Positions 20,189 to 29,429 of a DNA stretch of 64,000 nt are shown piece by piece (position 1 is the first letter of the stretch; the number at the start of each line of letters is the position of its first letter). The DNA is from an uncultured Clostridia bacterium (GTDB lineage Bacteria; CAYTYR01; UBA6262): assembly GCA_964441745.1 (NCBI GenBank), contig CAYTYR010000012.1:1-64000 (forward strand), in the 5' to 3' direction. Under the pieces are notes generated by a model that saw nothing but the letters and a program-made list of their open reading frames with translations, searched no databases and was not told where the DNA came from. The position numbers and the translations under genes were made by a program.

Positions 20189-20230
20189 AATCTGTGCTGC
20201 GCCCGCCGACGCATTAGTGGCGGGTAATCA
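20189..20230. repeat. Family E unit AATCTGTG^TAATC interrupted by a 28-nt GC hairpin
   Basis: 41 nt identical to 59454-59494; related copy at 53364-53402. Confidence 0.9.
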
Positions 20231-20232
20231 CT

Positions 20233-21588
20233 TCAATCAACTTTTGGCAGGTGTTTCAATGCTTCTTTCACTTTTTCCGTAGGATATTCATAATCTTCCA
20301 GTTGCTTGCTGAAATATTTATCATAACTGGTCATATCAAAGTGGCCATGGCCGCTCAGGTTGAAGACGATACACTTGGCTTCATTGTTTTTCTTGCACTG
20401 CAAAGCCTCATCGATCGCCACCCTGATGGCATGGGATGATTCCGGAGCCGGGATAATGCCTTCGGTACGGGCAAACTGGACCGCTGCTTCAAAGCACGGA
20501 TTCTGGTGCACGGCCCTGGCTTCCACTAAACCGGTCTTCACGGCTAAACTTACTAATGGGGAACACCCGTGATATCTCAATCCACCGGCATGAATTCCCG
20601 GCGGCATGAAAGTATGTCCTAATGTATACATTTTTAATAAAGGGGTTAATCCGACAGTATCGCCGAAATCATAAGCGAACGGGCCTTTGGTCAGGGTCGG
20701 GCAACTATGCGGTTCAACCGCGATCATCTTAATATTCTGTCCCTTTTTCTTATCCGGGATGAAGGGGAAAGCAAAACCGCCGAAATTACTGCCGCCGCCG
20801 ACACAGGCGATCAGCACATCTGGCTTTTCTCCGGCTTTTTTCAGTTGTTCCCTGGTTTCCAACCCAATAATGGTTTGATGGAGAACCACATGGTTCAGCA
20901 CACTGCCCAGCGCATACTTGGCATCATCATGCGTGGCCGCATCTTCCACTGCTTCACTAATAGCCATACCAAGAGAGCCATTAGAATTCGGATCCTCTTT
21001 TAAAAAAGCCTTGCCGGAATTAGTCTTATCAGAAGGAGAAGCAAAAACTTCCCCACCCCAGGTTTGCATCATCAATTTGCGGTATGGTTTCTGGTCAAAA
21101 CTTACCTTGACCATATAAACCGTGCATTTCAGGTCAAAAAGACGGGTCGCAAAAGACAAAGCGCTGCCCCATTGGCCGGCGCCAGTCTCTGTACAGAGCC
21201 GCTTGATCCCGGCTTTTTTGTTATAGTAAGCTTGGGCCACAGCAGAATTTGGTTTATGACTGCCCGCCGGGCTGACACTTTCGTTTTTGTAATAGATCCT
21301 GGCCGGTGTTCCTAAGGCTTTTTCCAGGCGATGCGCCCGGACCAACGGAGTTGGCCGCCATATTTTTAATATATCGATCACTTCCTGCGGTATTTCTATC
21401 CACGGTTCCTGGGACATTTCCTGTTTGATCAGATCCATCGTGAAAATAGGCGCAAAATCAGCTGCTTCAGCCGGCTTCCCGGTCTTCGGATGTAAAGGCG
21501 GCGCTATTGGTCCCGGGAGATCCGGAGCCACATTATACCAGGCTTTCGGCATTTCACTTTCATTGAGCAAGATTTTGGTATCAGTCAT
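20233..21588 (-). CDS. TrpB-like PLP enzyme (TrpB2)
   Basis: [42 protein letters not shown]. Confidence 0.93.
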   Translation of the reverse strand: MTDTKILLNESEMPKAWYNVAPDLPGPIAPPLHPKTGKPAEAADFAPIFTMDLIKQEMSQEPWIEIPQEVIDILKIWRPTPLVRAHRLEKALGTPARIYYKNESVSPAGSHKPNSAVAQAYYNKKAGIKRLCTETGAGQWGSALSFATRLFDLKCTVYMVKVSFDQKPYRKLMMQTWGGEVFASPSDKTNSGKAFLKEDPNSNGSLGMAISEAVEDAATHDDAKYALGSVLNHVVLHQTIIGLETREQLKKAGEKPDVLIACVGGGSNFGGFAFPFIPDKKKGQNIKMIAVEPHSCPTLTKGPFAYDFGDTVGLTPLLKMYTLGHTFMPPGIHAGGLRYHGCSPLVSLAVKTGLVEARAVHQNPCFEAAVQFARTEGIIPAPESSHAIRVAIDEALQCKKNNEAKCIVFNLSGHGHFDMTSYDKYFSKQLEDYEYPTEKVKEALKHLPKVD

Positions 21589-21615
21589 AGACGATACTCC
21601 TCTCAATTTGAAGAT

Positions 21616-21697
21616 GATTACACAGATTCGAAAATAGATTACACAGATTATATTCGTTTTAAATCTGCGTAATCTGATTCGCTAATCCGCGTAATCT
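21616..21697. repeat. Family E palindromic element (GATTACACAGATT ... AATCTGCGTAATC)
   Basis: Two gattacacagatt units, then aatctgcgtaatc and aatccgcgtaatc. Confidence 0.85.
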
Positions 21698-21700
21698 TAG

Positions 21701-22486
21701 CTACGATAGTAGCTCTTTTAAAGCCTTGCCAATATTGTCTTTTTTATTCAACAAATAATGTCCTATTAGTATAGCATTTATATCCATTGCTTTCAATAGT
21801 TTTATGTCTTCTTTTGACCCTATCCCGCTCTCGCTGACTACGATCTTCCCTTTTGGTATTTTTGGCCGTAACCGGGCTGTATTATTAAGATCAACTTTCA
21901 AGGTCGCCAGGCTCCGGTTATTAATGCCAATGATCTGGGCATCCGTATCCAGGACTTTTTTAAGATCTAGCTCAGTATGCACCTCCGTCAGGCAATACAA
22001 GCCCAAGCCCTTGGCGATATCCAGGAAACGCTGCAGCTCACTGGTGAATAAAAGGCTGGCTATGAGCAGGATCGCGTCAGCGCCATAAAACCTGGATTCA
22101 TAGATCTGGTATTCGTCAATAATAAAATCCTTGCGCAGGACCGGCAACGAGGTGACTTCCTTGACTACCGAGAGATGATAAATATCTCCCAAAAAATGCT
22201 TCTCTTCGGTCAAGATAGAAATAGCGTCCGCACCATACGTTTCATAGGTTCGGGCTATCTTCCCCGGACTATAATTCTCGACTATCAGACCAGCGCTGGG
22301 TGAAGCTTTCTTGACCTCGGCAATGACATGCAAGGTATCTTTAGGCACGGAAATAGCAGTTTTAAAGTTTCTCGTAGGAGTATGCTTATTGATCAATTTT
22401 CCCTGCAGCTCCCAGAGCGATAGCGTCTCTTTGGCTAAAGCAATGGATTTCTTTTTTGCATCGATGATATTCTGCATTAGGCCCAT
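21701..22486 (-). CDS. trpC: Indole-3-glycerol phosphate synthase
   Basis: IAEVKKASPS, LRKDFI, EVH, GINNR, SESGI. Confidence 0.95.
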   Translation of the reverse strand: MGLMQNIIDAKKKSIALAKETLSLWELQGKLINKHTPTRNFKTAISVPKDTLHVIAEVKKASPSAGLIVENYSPGKIARTYETYGADAISILTEEKHFLGDIYHLSVVKEVTSLPVLRKDFIIDEYQIYESRFYGADAILLIASLLFTSELQRFLDIAKGLGLYCLTEVHTELDLKKVLDTDAQIIGINNRSLATLKVDLNNTARLRPKIPKGKIVVSESGIGSKEDIKLLKAMDINAILIGHYLLNKKDNIGKALKELLS

Positions 22487-22489
22487 CTT

Positions 22490-23563
22490 CTAAATTTGAA
22501 CTCCCTTGTTAGTATTCGTATATTTTATTAGCAATTCCAGTTTGGCCATGGCTTTGCCTGAATCAATAGTATCACTGGCAATTTTAATACCAGCCGCCAG
22601 ATCTTGTACCAGGCCGCCCACATAGATGGCCGCCGCAGCGTTCAGCAGGACGATATCACGTTTTGGTCCTTTTTCACCTTTCAGTATATTCAAGATGATC
22701 TGGGCATTTTCCTGGGCATTGCCGCCGCGGATCTCAGCCATTGCCGCGGCTTTCAGGCCGAATTGTTCCGGACTGATATCATAACTTTTTACCTGGCCAG
22801 CTTTTAGCTCAGCTACCCTGGTCGGCCCGGTGATGGAGATCTCATCAATAGCATCCGTACCGTGTACCACCATGGCTCTTTTTACTCCCAGATTACCCAG
22901 GACTTTGGCCATGACTTCACAAAGATGCTCGCTATATACTCCCAGAACCTGGGCGGTAGCCTTGGCCGGATTAGCCAGCGGGCCCAGGATATTAAAGATC
23001 GTGCGGATACCGATCTGCTTCCTCGGCCCGGCCGCATATTTCATTGCCCCATGCAGAAGTTGGGCAAACAGAAAGCCAATACCCACTTCATTAAGACATT
23101 TTTCTACTTCCGCGGGTGGGATATTGAGGTTAACACCAAGAGTCTCGATCACATCAGCGCTGCCGCATAAGGAAGAAACTGAGCGGTTACCGTGTTTAGC
23201 CACTTTTAACCCCGCACCAGCGACGACAAAAGCGCTAGCCGTAGAAATATTAAAAGTATTGGTCTTATCCCCGCCGGTACCGCAGGTGTCAATGATCGTC
23301 TCACGGTCAATATTAATATCATCACGATCAAGGTCCACTACGCCATTATTCATCACTCTGATCGGGGTAGCATGTTCACGCATCACCTTGGCACAACCGG
23401 TGATCTCGTCCACACTTTCACCTTTGATGCGCAAAGCGGTAATAAAAGCGCCGATCTGCGCTTCAGTTGCCTCGCCGTTCATGATCTCGTTCATTACCTC
23501 AATTGATTCCTGCTCTGTCAGGTCCTTCTTTTCAACAATTTTTCCGATCGCTTCTTTGATCAT
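22490..23563 (-). CDS. trpD: Anthranilate phosphoribosyltransferase
   Basis: [32 protein letters not shown]. Confidence 0.96.
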   Translation of the reverse strand: MIKEAIGKIVEKKDLTEQESIEVMNEIMNGEATEAQIGAFITALRIKGESVDEITGCAKVMREHATPIRVMNNGVVDLDRDDINIDRETIIDTCGTGGDKTNTFNISTASAFVVAGAGLKVAKHGNRSVSSLCGSADVIETLGVNLNIPPAEVEKCLNEVGIGFLFAQLLHGAMKYAAGPRKQIGIRTIFNILGPLANPAKATAQVLGVYSEHLCEVMAKVLGNLGVKRAMVVHGTDAIDEISITGPTRVAELKAGQVKSYDISPEQFGLKAAAMAEIRGGNAQENAQIILNILKGEKGPKRDIVLLNAAAAIYVGGLVQDLAAGIKIASDTIDSGKAMAKLELLIKYTNTNKGVQI

Positions 23564-23578
23564 TGGCTCCTCCCGGAG

Positions 23579-23676
23579 CGCGTATGGCATATGGCTTATT
23601 GCTAATGGTTAGTTGTAATTTAAGTAGTTCTTTCAAACCAGCCTTTGCTATATGCCATAAGCTATATGCTATCTGC
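23579..23676. repeat. Family B element (empty)
   Basis: gcgtatg gcatatg gcttatt gctaatg ... gctatat gccataa gctatat gctatct gc. Confidence 0.9.
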
Positions 23677-23681
23677 TTCTT

Positions 23682-23837
23682 TTATTCTGCCGCTTCTTCC
23701 ACCAGCATGACAGGTATGCCGTCCTTGACGGGATATTTCTTGCCGCATTTCTGGCAGACTATTTTATTGTCTTTTTCCTCAACATTACCTTTACAATCAG
23801 GGCAAGCCATAATTCCCAACAAGTTTTTATCGATCAT
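23682..23837 (-). CDS. Trm112/YcaR-family small zinc-ribbon protein (51 aa, below the ORF-track cutoff)
   Basis: Hand translation MIDKNLLGIMACPDCKGNVEEKDNKIVCQKCGKKYPVKDGIPVMLVEEAAE. Confidence 0.9.
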   Translation of the reverse strand: MIDKNLLGIMACPDCKGNVEEKDNKIVCQKCGKKYPVKDGIPVMLVEEAAE

Positions 23838-23862
23838 CCAAGAGACCTTTCTCATTCGGCTT

Positions 23863-24429
23863 TTATTCGCAATGTATAAAGTTCTCCAGGATCTTCTTGC
23901 CTTCTTTGGTTAAAATTGATTCCGGGTGAAATTGTACGCCATATACGGCATATTTCTTATGCCGCAGGCCCATGATCTCTTTTTCTTTGGTTTCAGCCGT
24001 GATCTCCAGGCAGGCTGGCAGGCTTTTGCGCTCCACCAGCAAGGAATGATACCTGGTAGCTTCAAAAGGATTGTTCAAGCCACGGAATATTTCCTTACCC
24101 TTGTGGTAGATCAATGAGGTTTTGCCATGCATCAACCGGCTGGCTCTCACGATCTTACCCCCAAAAGCATAACCAATCGCCTGATGTCCAAGACAGACAC
24201 CCAGTATCGGGATCTTGCCGGCATATTCCTGGATAACTCCTACAGAAACACCAGCTTCTGCCGGTGATCCTGGTCCCGGAGAAACCACGATCTTGCCAGG
24301 CTTTAGTTTTCTAATATCAGAAACCTTGATCTCGTCGTTACGGACCACTTTCAGTTCCTGACCCAGCTCACCCAGGTATTGCACCAGGTTATAAGTAAAA
24401 GAATCATAATTATCGATCATTAGAATCAT
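23863..24429 (-). CDS. trpG: Anthranilate synthase component II (glutamine amidotransferase)
   Basis: [34 protein letters not shown]. Confidence 0.95.
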   Translation of the reverse strand: MILMIDNYDSFTYNLVQYLGELGQELKVVRNDEIKVSDIRKLKPGKIVVSPGPGSPAEAGVSVGVIQEYAGKIPILGVCLGHQAIGYAFGGKIVRASRLMHGKTSLIYHKGKEIFRGLNNPFEATRYHSLLVERKSLPACLEITAETKEKEIMGLRHKKYAVYGVQFHPESILTKEGKKILENFIHCE

Positions 24430-24486
24430 TGGTTCCCTCCGGTCACGCATATAGCTTATGGCATATAGCGTATGGCAAAAACTAAA

Positions 24487-24837
24487 CTAATTAAGAGAAT
24501 TTTTAAAAGATGCTATCTTCTTTACTAATAATTCGGCTTTAATATACAAATCTTGCTTTATTTCTTCCTCTATAAAGCTCATCTTCTTGGCAAAAAGTAC
24601 TAAATTAACAGTTTCAAATACTGACTTCGTAGAAATATCTAGAAAATTTCTAAAGTCCTTTTTTGAGCTTGAGCCAGAACCTTCGGCAATATTATTTGAG
24701 ATTGAAACAGCCGCTCTTCTTAATTGACTTACTAACCCATATAATTCAGAGCTTGGGAATCGTTCTGTAATTTTGTAGATCTCTGCAGCATACTCCGTTG
24801 CCATTTTCCATATATCCAAACTTTCAAACCTAAACAT
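24487..24837 (-). CDS. Four helix bundle protein (23S rRNA-IVS protein/bAvd-like family)
   Basis: FESLDIWK, FPSSELYGLVSQLRRAAVSISNNIAEG, FLDIS..S..E family signature. Confidence 0.9.
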   Translation of the reverse strand: MFRFESLDIWKMATEYAAEIYKITERFPSSELYGLVSQLRRAAVSISNNIAEGSGSSSKKDFRNFLDISTKSVFETVNLVLFAKKMSFIEEEIKQDLYIKAELLVKKIASFKNSLN

Positions 24838-24867
24838 CAATTATCCTTTATACTATTTGCTTTTCCA

Positions 24868-25207
24868 GTTCCTGCCATACGCCATTAGCTATCTGCGTTT
24901 TCTTGTTCCTGCCATACGCTATTAGCTATCTGCGTTTTCTTGTTCCTGCCATACGCCATTAGCTATCTGCGTTTTCNNNNNNNNNNNNNNNNNNNNNNNN
25001 NNNNNNNNNNNNNNNNNNNNNNNNNNNNNNNNNNNNNNNNNNNNNNNNNNNNNNNNNNNNNNNNNNNNNNNNNNNNTTAGCTATCTGCGTTTTCTTGTTC
25101 CTGCCATACGCCATTAGCTATCTGCGTTTTCCTGTTCCTGCCATACGCCATTAGCTATCTGCGTTTTCCTGTTCCTGCCATACGCCATTAGCTATAAGCC
25201 ATTCGCG
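24868..25207. repeat. 37-bp tandem repeat spanning the assembly gap
   Basis: Unit gttcctgccatacgccattagctatctgcgttttc(t/c)t starting at 24868, 24905, 24942, 25097, 25134, 25171; no spacers. Confidence 0.9.
24977..25076. other. Scaffold gap (100 N)
   Basis: Run of N inside the tandem repeat. Confidence 1.
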
Positions 25208-25211
25208 TTTA

Positions 25212-26702
25212 CTATTCTAGTCCTTGTTCTGCCATTTCCACTGCCTTTACCATAGCCCTGGCCTTATTCACTGTTTCCTGGTACTCCTTAGCCGGGTCGC
25301 TGTCTGCCACGATACCGGCTCCAGCCTGCACGTAGGCGCTGTCACCCTTGATGATTATCGTCCGGATGGTAATACAGGCATCCAGATTGCCGCTGAAAGA
25401 AAAATAGCCGACACATCCGGCATAAGGACCGCGTTTTACCGGCTCCAGTTCATCAATGATCTCCATCGCCCGGATCTTCGGCGCCCCGGATACAGTACCG
25501 GCCGGGAAACAAGCTCTTAAGACATCAAAAGAGTTTTTCCCGCGGCTCAATTTGCCGATCACATCTGAGACGATATGCTGGACATGGGAATATTTCTCAA
25601 TTACCATTAACTCCGGCACTTTAACTGTATGATAATCACAAACCCGGCCAATATCGTTTCTCCCTAAATCAACCAGCATGATATGCTCAGCCCGTTCTTT
25701 CGGGTCAGCCAACAATTGTTTTTCCAGTAAGAGGTCTTCTGCTTCTGTTTTCCCCCGTGGCCGCGTGCCGGCAATGGGCCGCACTTCTACGGTACCCTCT
25801 TCTTCACGCACCAGGATCTCCGGAGATGTGCCGACCAGGTATTCCCCGCTGCATTTCAGGAAATACATATAACTGGACGGGTTTATCCGCCGCAAAGAGC
25901 GATAAATATCAAACGGGCTGGATTTGATCTTCATTTTGAACCGCTGTGACAACACCACCTGGATAATAGCGCCGGCTTTGATATATTCTTTGGCTTTAAT
26001 GATCATGTTCTTGAAGGCAGCCAAGGTAAAATTGGATTTCATTTTCAAGGCTGGTTTTTGAAGGGGTTTATAGAGGGGGATTTCCGCTGGTTTGCGTAAC
26101 AAAGCGATCAGCTTGTCTATCTTGGCGCAGGCCTCTTTATAAACTTTTTGTTCATTTTTTTCCACATGAGCGCAGGATACTACCTTGATGGTATGATTGA
26201 CATGGTCAAAAATAAGTATCGTATCAGTGAACATGAAAACGCTATCAGCTAGTTTCAGGTCATCCGGGTTTTGATCGGTTTTTTTGAGACAAGGTTCAAA
26301 GAACCTGACTGTATCATACCCCATATACCCGACTGCCCCGCCATAAAAACGCGGCAATCCACGGTGATGCACCGGCCGGTAATCCTTCATCATTTGCTGC
26401 AGGATGGATAATGGATCCTGGCCATCCAGGTCAATGTTTTTGGCTATACCCTTACTGATAAGCCTGGCCTGGTCACCCTTTGATTCCAGAATGATGGAAG
26501 GACTGGCAGAAATAAAGGAGTATCTTCCTAATTTCTCGCCCCCTTCCACGCTTTCCAGCAGATAAGCATATTTGGCGCCTTTGGATACTTTATAAAACGC
26601 GGACACTGGTGTTTCCATATCCGCCAGGATCTCTTTGTACACTGGTATTAAGTTATTTCGCCTCGATAATCTCTTAAACTCTGTTATATTTGGGTAGTAC
26701 AT
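25212..26702 (-). CDS. trpE: Anthranilate synthase component I
   Basis: LLESVEGG, RPIAGTRPRG, EHIMLVDLGRND, PAGTVSGAPK, AGAGIVADS. Confidence 0.96.
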   Translation of the reverse strand: MYYPNITEFKRLSRRNNLIPVYKEILADMETPVSAFYKVSKGAKYAYLLESVEGGEKLGRYSFISASPSIILESKGDQARLISKGIAKNIDLDGQDPLSILQQMMKDYRPVHHRGLPRFYGGAVGYMGYDTVRFFEPCLKKTDQNPDDLKLADSVFMFTDTILIFDHVNHTIKVVSCAHVEKNEQKVYKEACAKIDKLIALLRKPAEIPLYKPLQKPALKMKSNFTLAAFKNMIIKAKEYIKAGAIIQVVLSQRFKMKIKSSPFDIYRSLRRINPSSYMYFLKCSGEYLVGTSPEILVREEEGTVEVRPIAGTRPRGKTEAEDLLLEKQLLADPKERAEHIMLVDLGRNDIGRVCDYHTVKVPELMVIEKYSHVQHIVSDVIGKLSRGKNSFDVLRACFPAGTVSGAPKIRAMEIIDELEPVKRGPYAGCVGYFSFSGNLDACITIRTIIIKGDSAYVQAGAGIVADSDPAKEYQETVNKARAMVKAVEMAEQGLE

Positions 26703-26723
26703 TTTATTCTCCAATTTTCATGT

Positions 26724-26781
26724 GATTACGCAGATTCCAAGAACGGATTTCGCGGATTCAAGCGCATTTAATCCGCGTAAT
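26724..26781. repeat. Family E element
   Basis: gattacgcagatt ... gatttcgcggatt ... aatccgcgtaat. Confidence 0.75.
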
Positions 26782-27167
26782 TATTTCTTATAAATTTTAT
26801 CCGGGTCGAAAACTCGTTTACCCTTCACTTTAAGTTTGCCGTTAACTAATATGCGGTAAAAACAACTCTTAAACCCGGTATGGCAGGCGGCCCCGCCTAC
26901 CTGCTCGATCTTGATCACCAGCGCATCACCGTCGCAATCAAGGCAAACTTGCTTTACTTTCTGGATATTGCCGCTAGTCTCGCCTTTCAACCAGTATTTG
27001 TGCCGTGAGCGTGACCAGTACCAGCATTTTTTGTCGCGCAGGGTGCGCTTGAGCGCCTCTTTATCCATATAAGCCAGCATCAGGATCTCTCCTGTCTTGT
27101 AATCCTGCAATACTGCCGGCGCTAAACCATTCTGGTCAAACTTCACTTGCCTCATTAAAGATTTCAT
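26781..27167 (-). CDS. hisI: Phosphoribosyl-AMP cyclohydrolase
   Basis: WSRSR, WLKGETSG, DCDGD, ACHTG..SCF. Confidence 0.95.
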   Translation of the reverse strand: MKSLMRQVKFDQNGLAPAVLQDYKTGEILMLAYMDKEALKRTLRDKKCWYWSRSRHKYWLKGETSGNIQKVKQVCLDCDGDALVIKIEQVGGAACHTGFKSCFYRILVNGKLKVKGKRVFDPDKIYKK

Positions 27168-27187
27168 CCTTTACCTTTCCAGTTTTT

Positions 27188-27943
27188 TTATAATCTTATA
27201 GTCACTTTTTTCCTTTTTAGGTATTCTTTCACTTGTTTGATCGTCAATTCCTTGAAATGGAACAACGACGCGGCCAACGCGGCATCAGCCTTGCCTACGG
27301 CAAAAGCGTCATAAAAATGCTCCAGCTTTCCCGCCCCACCTGAAGCGATCACCGGAATATTCACTGATTCGGAAATTGCTTTGGTCAAGGCCAGGTCATA
27401 GCCATCCTTGGTCCCGTCACAATCCATACTAGTCAGCAGTATTTCCCCTGCTCCCAGCTGCTCCACGGTCTTGGCCCATTCTATCGCATCGAGATCAATA
27501 GGAGTCCGTCCGCCATGCGTATATACTTGCCAGCCTGGACCTTTGCGCTTGGCATCGATAGCCACCACAATGCACTGGCTGCCAAAACGGTCGCTAGCTT
27601 CTTTGACCAGCTTTGGATTCTCCACTGCCGCGGTATTCATGGAAACCTTATCGGCGCCGCTTTGCAGCATCATCCGGATATCATCCAAATTCCTGATGCC
27701 GCCGCCTACCGTCAAGGGCATAAAAACCTGCTCTGCTGTTTTTTTGACCACTTCCAGCATAATATTGCGTTTCTGATAGCTGGCGGTAATATCCAGGAAA
27801 ACGATCTCATCGGCGCCTTCGGCATCGTAGCGCTTGGCTACTTCCACCGGATCGCCGGCATCACGGATATTGATAAATTTTGTTCCCTTGACCACGCGTC
27901 CTGCGTCAACGTCGAGGCAAGGGATTATTCTTTTAGCTAACAT
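27188..27943 (-). CDS. hisF: Imidazole glycerol phosphate synthase cyclase subunit
   Basis: [34 protein letters not shown]. Confidence 0.97.
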   Translation of the reverse strand: MLAKRIIPCLDVDAGRVVKGTKFINIRDAGDPVEVAKRYDAEGADEIVFLDITASYQKRNIMLEVVKKTAEQVFMPLTVGGGIRNLDDIRMMLQSGADKVSMNTAAVENPKLVKEASDRFGSQCIVVAIDAKRKGPGWQVYTHGGRTPIDLDAIEWAKTVEQLGAGEILLTSMDCDGTKDGYDLALTKAISESVNIPVIASGGAGKLEHFYDAFAVGKADAALAASLFHFKELTIKQVKEYLKRKKVTIRL

Positions 27944-27956
27944 AACAACCTCAAAT

Positions 27957-28033
27957 TAAGCGTTAAGCGGGTAGCGTTAAGCGTATAGAAAATCTTTTAA
28001 AACTACACGCTATACGCCATACGCTATACGCTG
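27957..28033. repeat. Family A palindromic heptamer element
   Basis: aagcgtt aagcggg tagcgtt aagcgta tagaaaatc...tacacgc tatacgc catacgc tatacgc tg. Confidence 0.9.
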
Positions 28034-28035
28034 AT

Positions 28036-28452
28036 TTAACTATGTACCCTTTCCCCCAGGTATCCGCCCAGAGTACTAAATACTACCATCAAGAACCAAT
28101 GCAGATAATCAAAGCTTTGGTTCTTAAGATAAGGAATTATCCTGTCTAAATTATTAAAAATAGTTTCCCCGGCTTTTAGCGTATTACTAAATCCTGAATA
28201 TTCACCCCAAAAAATAAAGACTATGCCAACCAGTAATCCCATCAGGATACCTTTTTCATTGGCAATGTAGCCGACAAAAAGTCCGCCCAGGAAATAAGCT
28301 ACAATACCCGGCATGATCTTGTAATATTTCATAATCGTTGATTTTTGCTTACTAAAGAATTCGAACATAAAGCCATTCAGGAGGTATACAACAAAAACGC
28401 CTAAACAAATTAAAAAAAGAATACGAAGGATCCCGCTTTTCTTTTTCGCCAT
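28036..28452 (-). CDS. Hypothetical 4-TM membrane protein between hisA and hisF
   Basis: 138-aa hydrophobic ORF ending LGGYLGER; AAGGGG RBS. Confidence 0.7.
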   Translation of the reverse strand: MAKKKSGILRILFLICLGVFVVYLLNGFMFEFFSKQKSTIMKYYKIMPGIVAYFLGGLFVGYIANEKGILMGLLVGIVFIFWGEYSGFSNTLKAGETIFNNLDRIIPYLKNQSFDYLHWFLMVVFSTLGGYLGERVHS

Positions 28453-28476
28453 ACTTTACCCCTTAATGAACAGACA

Positions 28477-28627
28477 GTTTATGGAGCTTAGTTTCTCAAG
28501 CGAACAGAAACTGTAGCCCACAGGGCGTCTGTGAATTAATCCCCGCGTACCTGTCCCCCCTGCCAGTTATGCGCAACAGAACTAGGGGGGATTGATTCGC
28601 AAAGCGAATCTGCAGGGGATATAAACT
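28477..28627. repeat. Cluster of nested hairpins (REP-like)
   Basis: agtttct..agaaact; cccccct..agtt..aactagggggg; gattcgc-aaa-gcgaatc; outer atcccc..ggggat. Confidence 0.65.
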
Positions 28628-28637
28628 TAATTTTTAT

Positions 28638-29360
28638 TTATCCCGCTAATTTAACCGCGTCTTCTAATTTTATAGTTTCCGTATATAAAGCTTTGCCGAT
28701 AACCATGCCCTCGACGCCAAATTCGGCAAGTTCATTGATCTTTTCCACATCTTTGATCGTGGAAATCCCGCCGGCAGCGATAACCGCCACACCGCCTTTC
28801 TGGGCAATGGTCTTAATTCCTTTTAGATTTGGCCCTTCCATCATCCCATCACGCGCTATATCGGTATAAAGGATCTCTTTGACCCCGGCTTCTTTCATTT
28901 TCTTAGCCAGGGCAACAGCATTGATTTCAGTGTCATCTTTCCAGCCGCCAATAGAGATCTTGCCTTTCTTGGCATCAATAGCCACAATAATCTTATCGCC
29001 ATACTTTTTAAGAGCCTCTTCCAATAATGGCGCATCGGTAATAGCAATAGTCCCTAGTAATACCTTGCTGGCCCCGGCCCCAATAACCCTGTCGATCATT
29101 TCCATTTTGCGCATCCCGCCGCCAACCTGGACCGGCATATTCACTTCCTTACAGATCTTCTCGATAATTTCCAGGTTTTGGACTGCCCCGGAAAAAGCGC
29201 CATCCAAATCTATTATATGCAGCCGTTTTGCCCCTTTAGCCTGAAACAACTTGGCAATAAATACCGGGTCCTTGGAATAGATCGTTTCCTGTTCAAGCTT
29301 ACCTTGCTCCAACCTTACACATTGTCCACCACGCAAGTCTATAGCCGGAATTATCATCAT
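28638..29360 (-). CDS. hisA: ProFAR isomerase
   Basis: IPAIDL, VRLEQG, DLDGA, QVGGG, TDIARDG. Confidence 0.95.
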   Translation of the reverse strand: MMIIPAIDLRGGQCVRLEQGKLEQETIYSKDPVFIAKLFQAKGAKRLHIIDLDGAFSGAVQNLEIIEKICKEVNMPVQVGGGMRKMEMIDRVIGAGASKVLLGTIAITDAPLLEEALKKYGDKIIVAIDAKKGKISIGGWKDDTEINAVALAKKMKEAGVKEILYTDIARDGMMEGPNLKGIKTIAQKGGVAVIAAGGISTIKDVEKINELAEFGVEGMVIGKALYTETIKLEDAVKLAG

Positions 29361-29389
29361 AAACAAACTCCTAAACGGTTCCATCGTTT

Positions 29390-29425
29390 ATCCCCCTGTT
29401 TAGTTTCGCTAGAAACTAGGGGGAT
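29390..29425. repeat. REP-like hairpin (tcccc-ctgtt-tagtttc..gaaacta-gggggat)
   Basis: Related to hairpins at 28555-28590 and 34351-34385. Confidence 0.7.
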
Positions 29426-29429
29426 CTCT

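Larger units (their letters stand above)
24446..25210. mobile_element. Putative filled family B cassette: heptamer arms enclosing a four-helix-bundle gene
   Basis: Left arm 24446-24476 (gcatata gcttatg gcatata gcgtatg gc), gene, right arm from 24872 (gccatac gccatta gctatct gc). Confidence 0.65.

Noticed and set aside
23300-23360. TrpD insertion [15 protein letters not shown] as another repeat-derived insert
   Set aside because: No 7-nt DNA periodicity; it reads as an ordinary protein loop variant
24487-24837. Diversity-generating retroelement or 23S rRNA intervening sequence, suggested by the bAvd/IVS-like protein
   Set aside because: No reverse transcriptase, template/variable repeat pair or rRNA sequence nearby
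24868-25207. CRISPR array (37-bp repeats)
   Set aside because: Units are head-to-tail with no unique spacers, and there are no cas genes in the window
26703-26781. trp attenuator or T-box leader upstream of trpE
   Set aside because: The gap is under 80 nt, is occupied by a family E element, and shows no Trp-codon leader peptide or T-box motif
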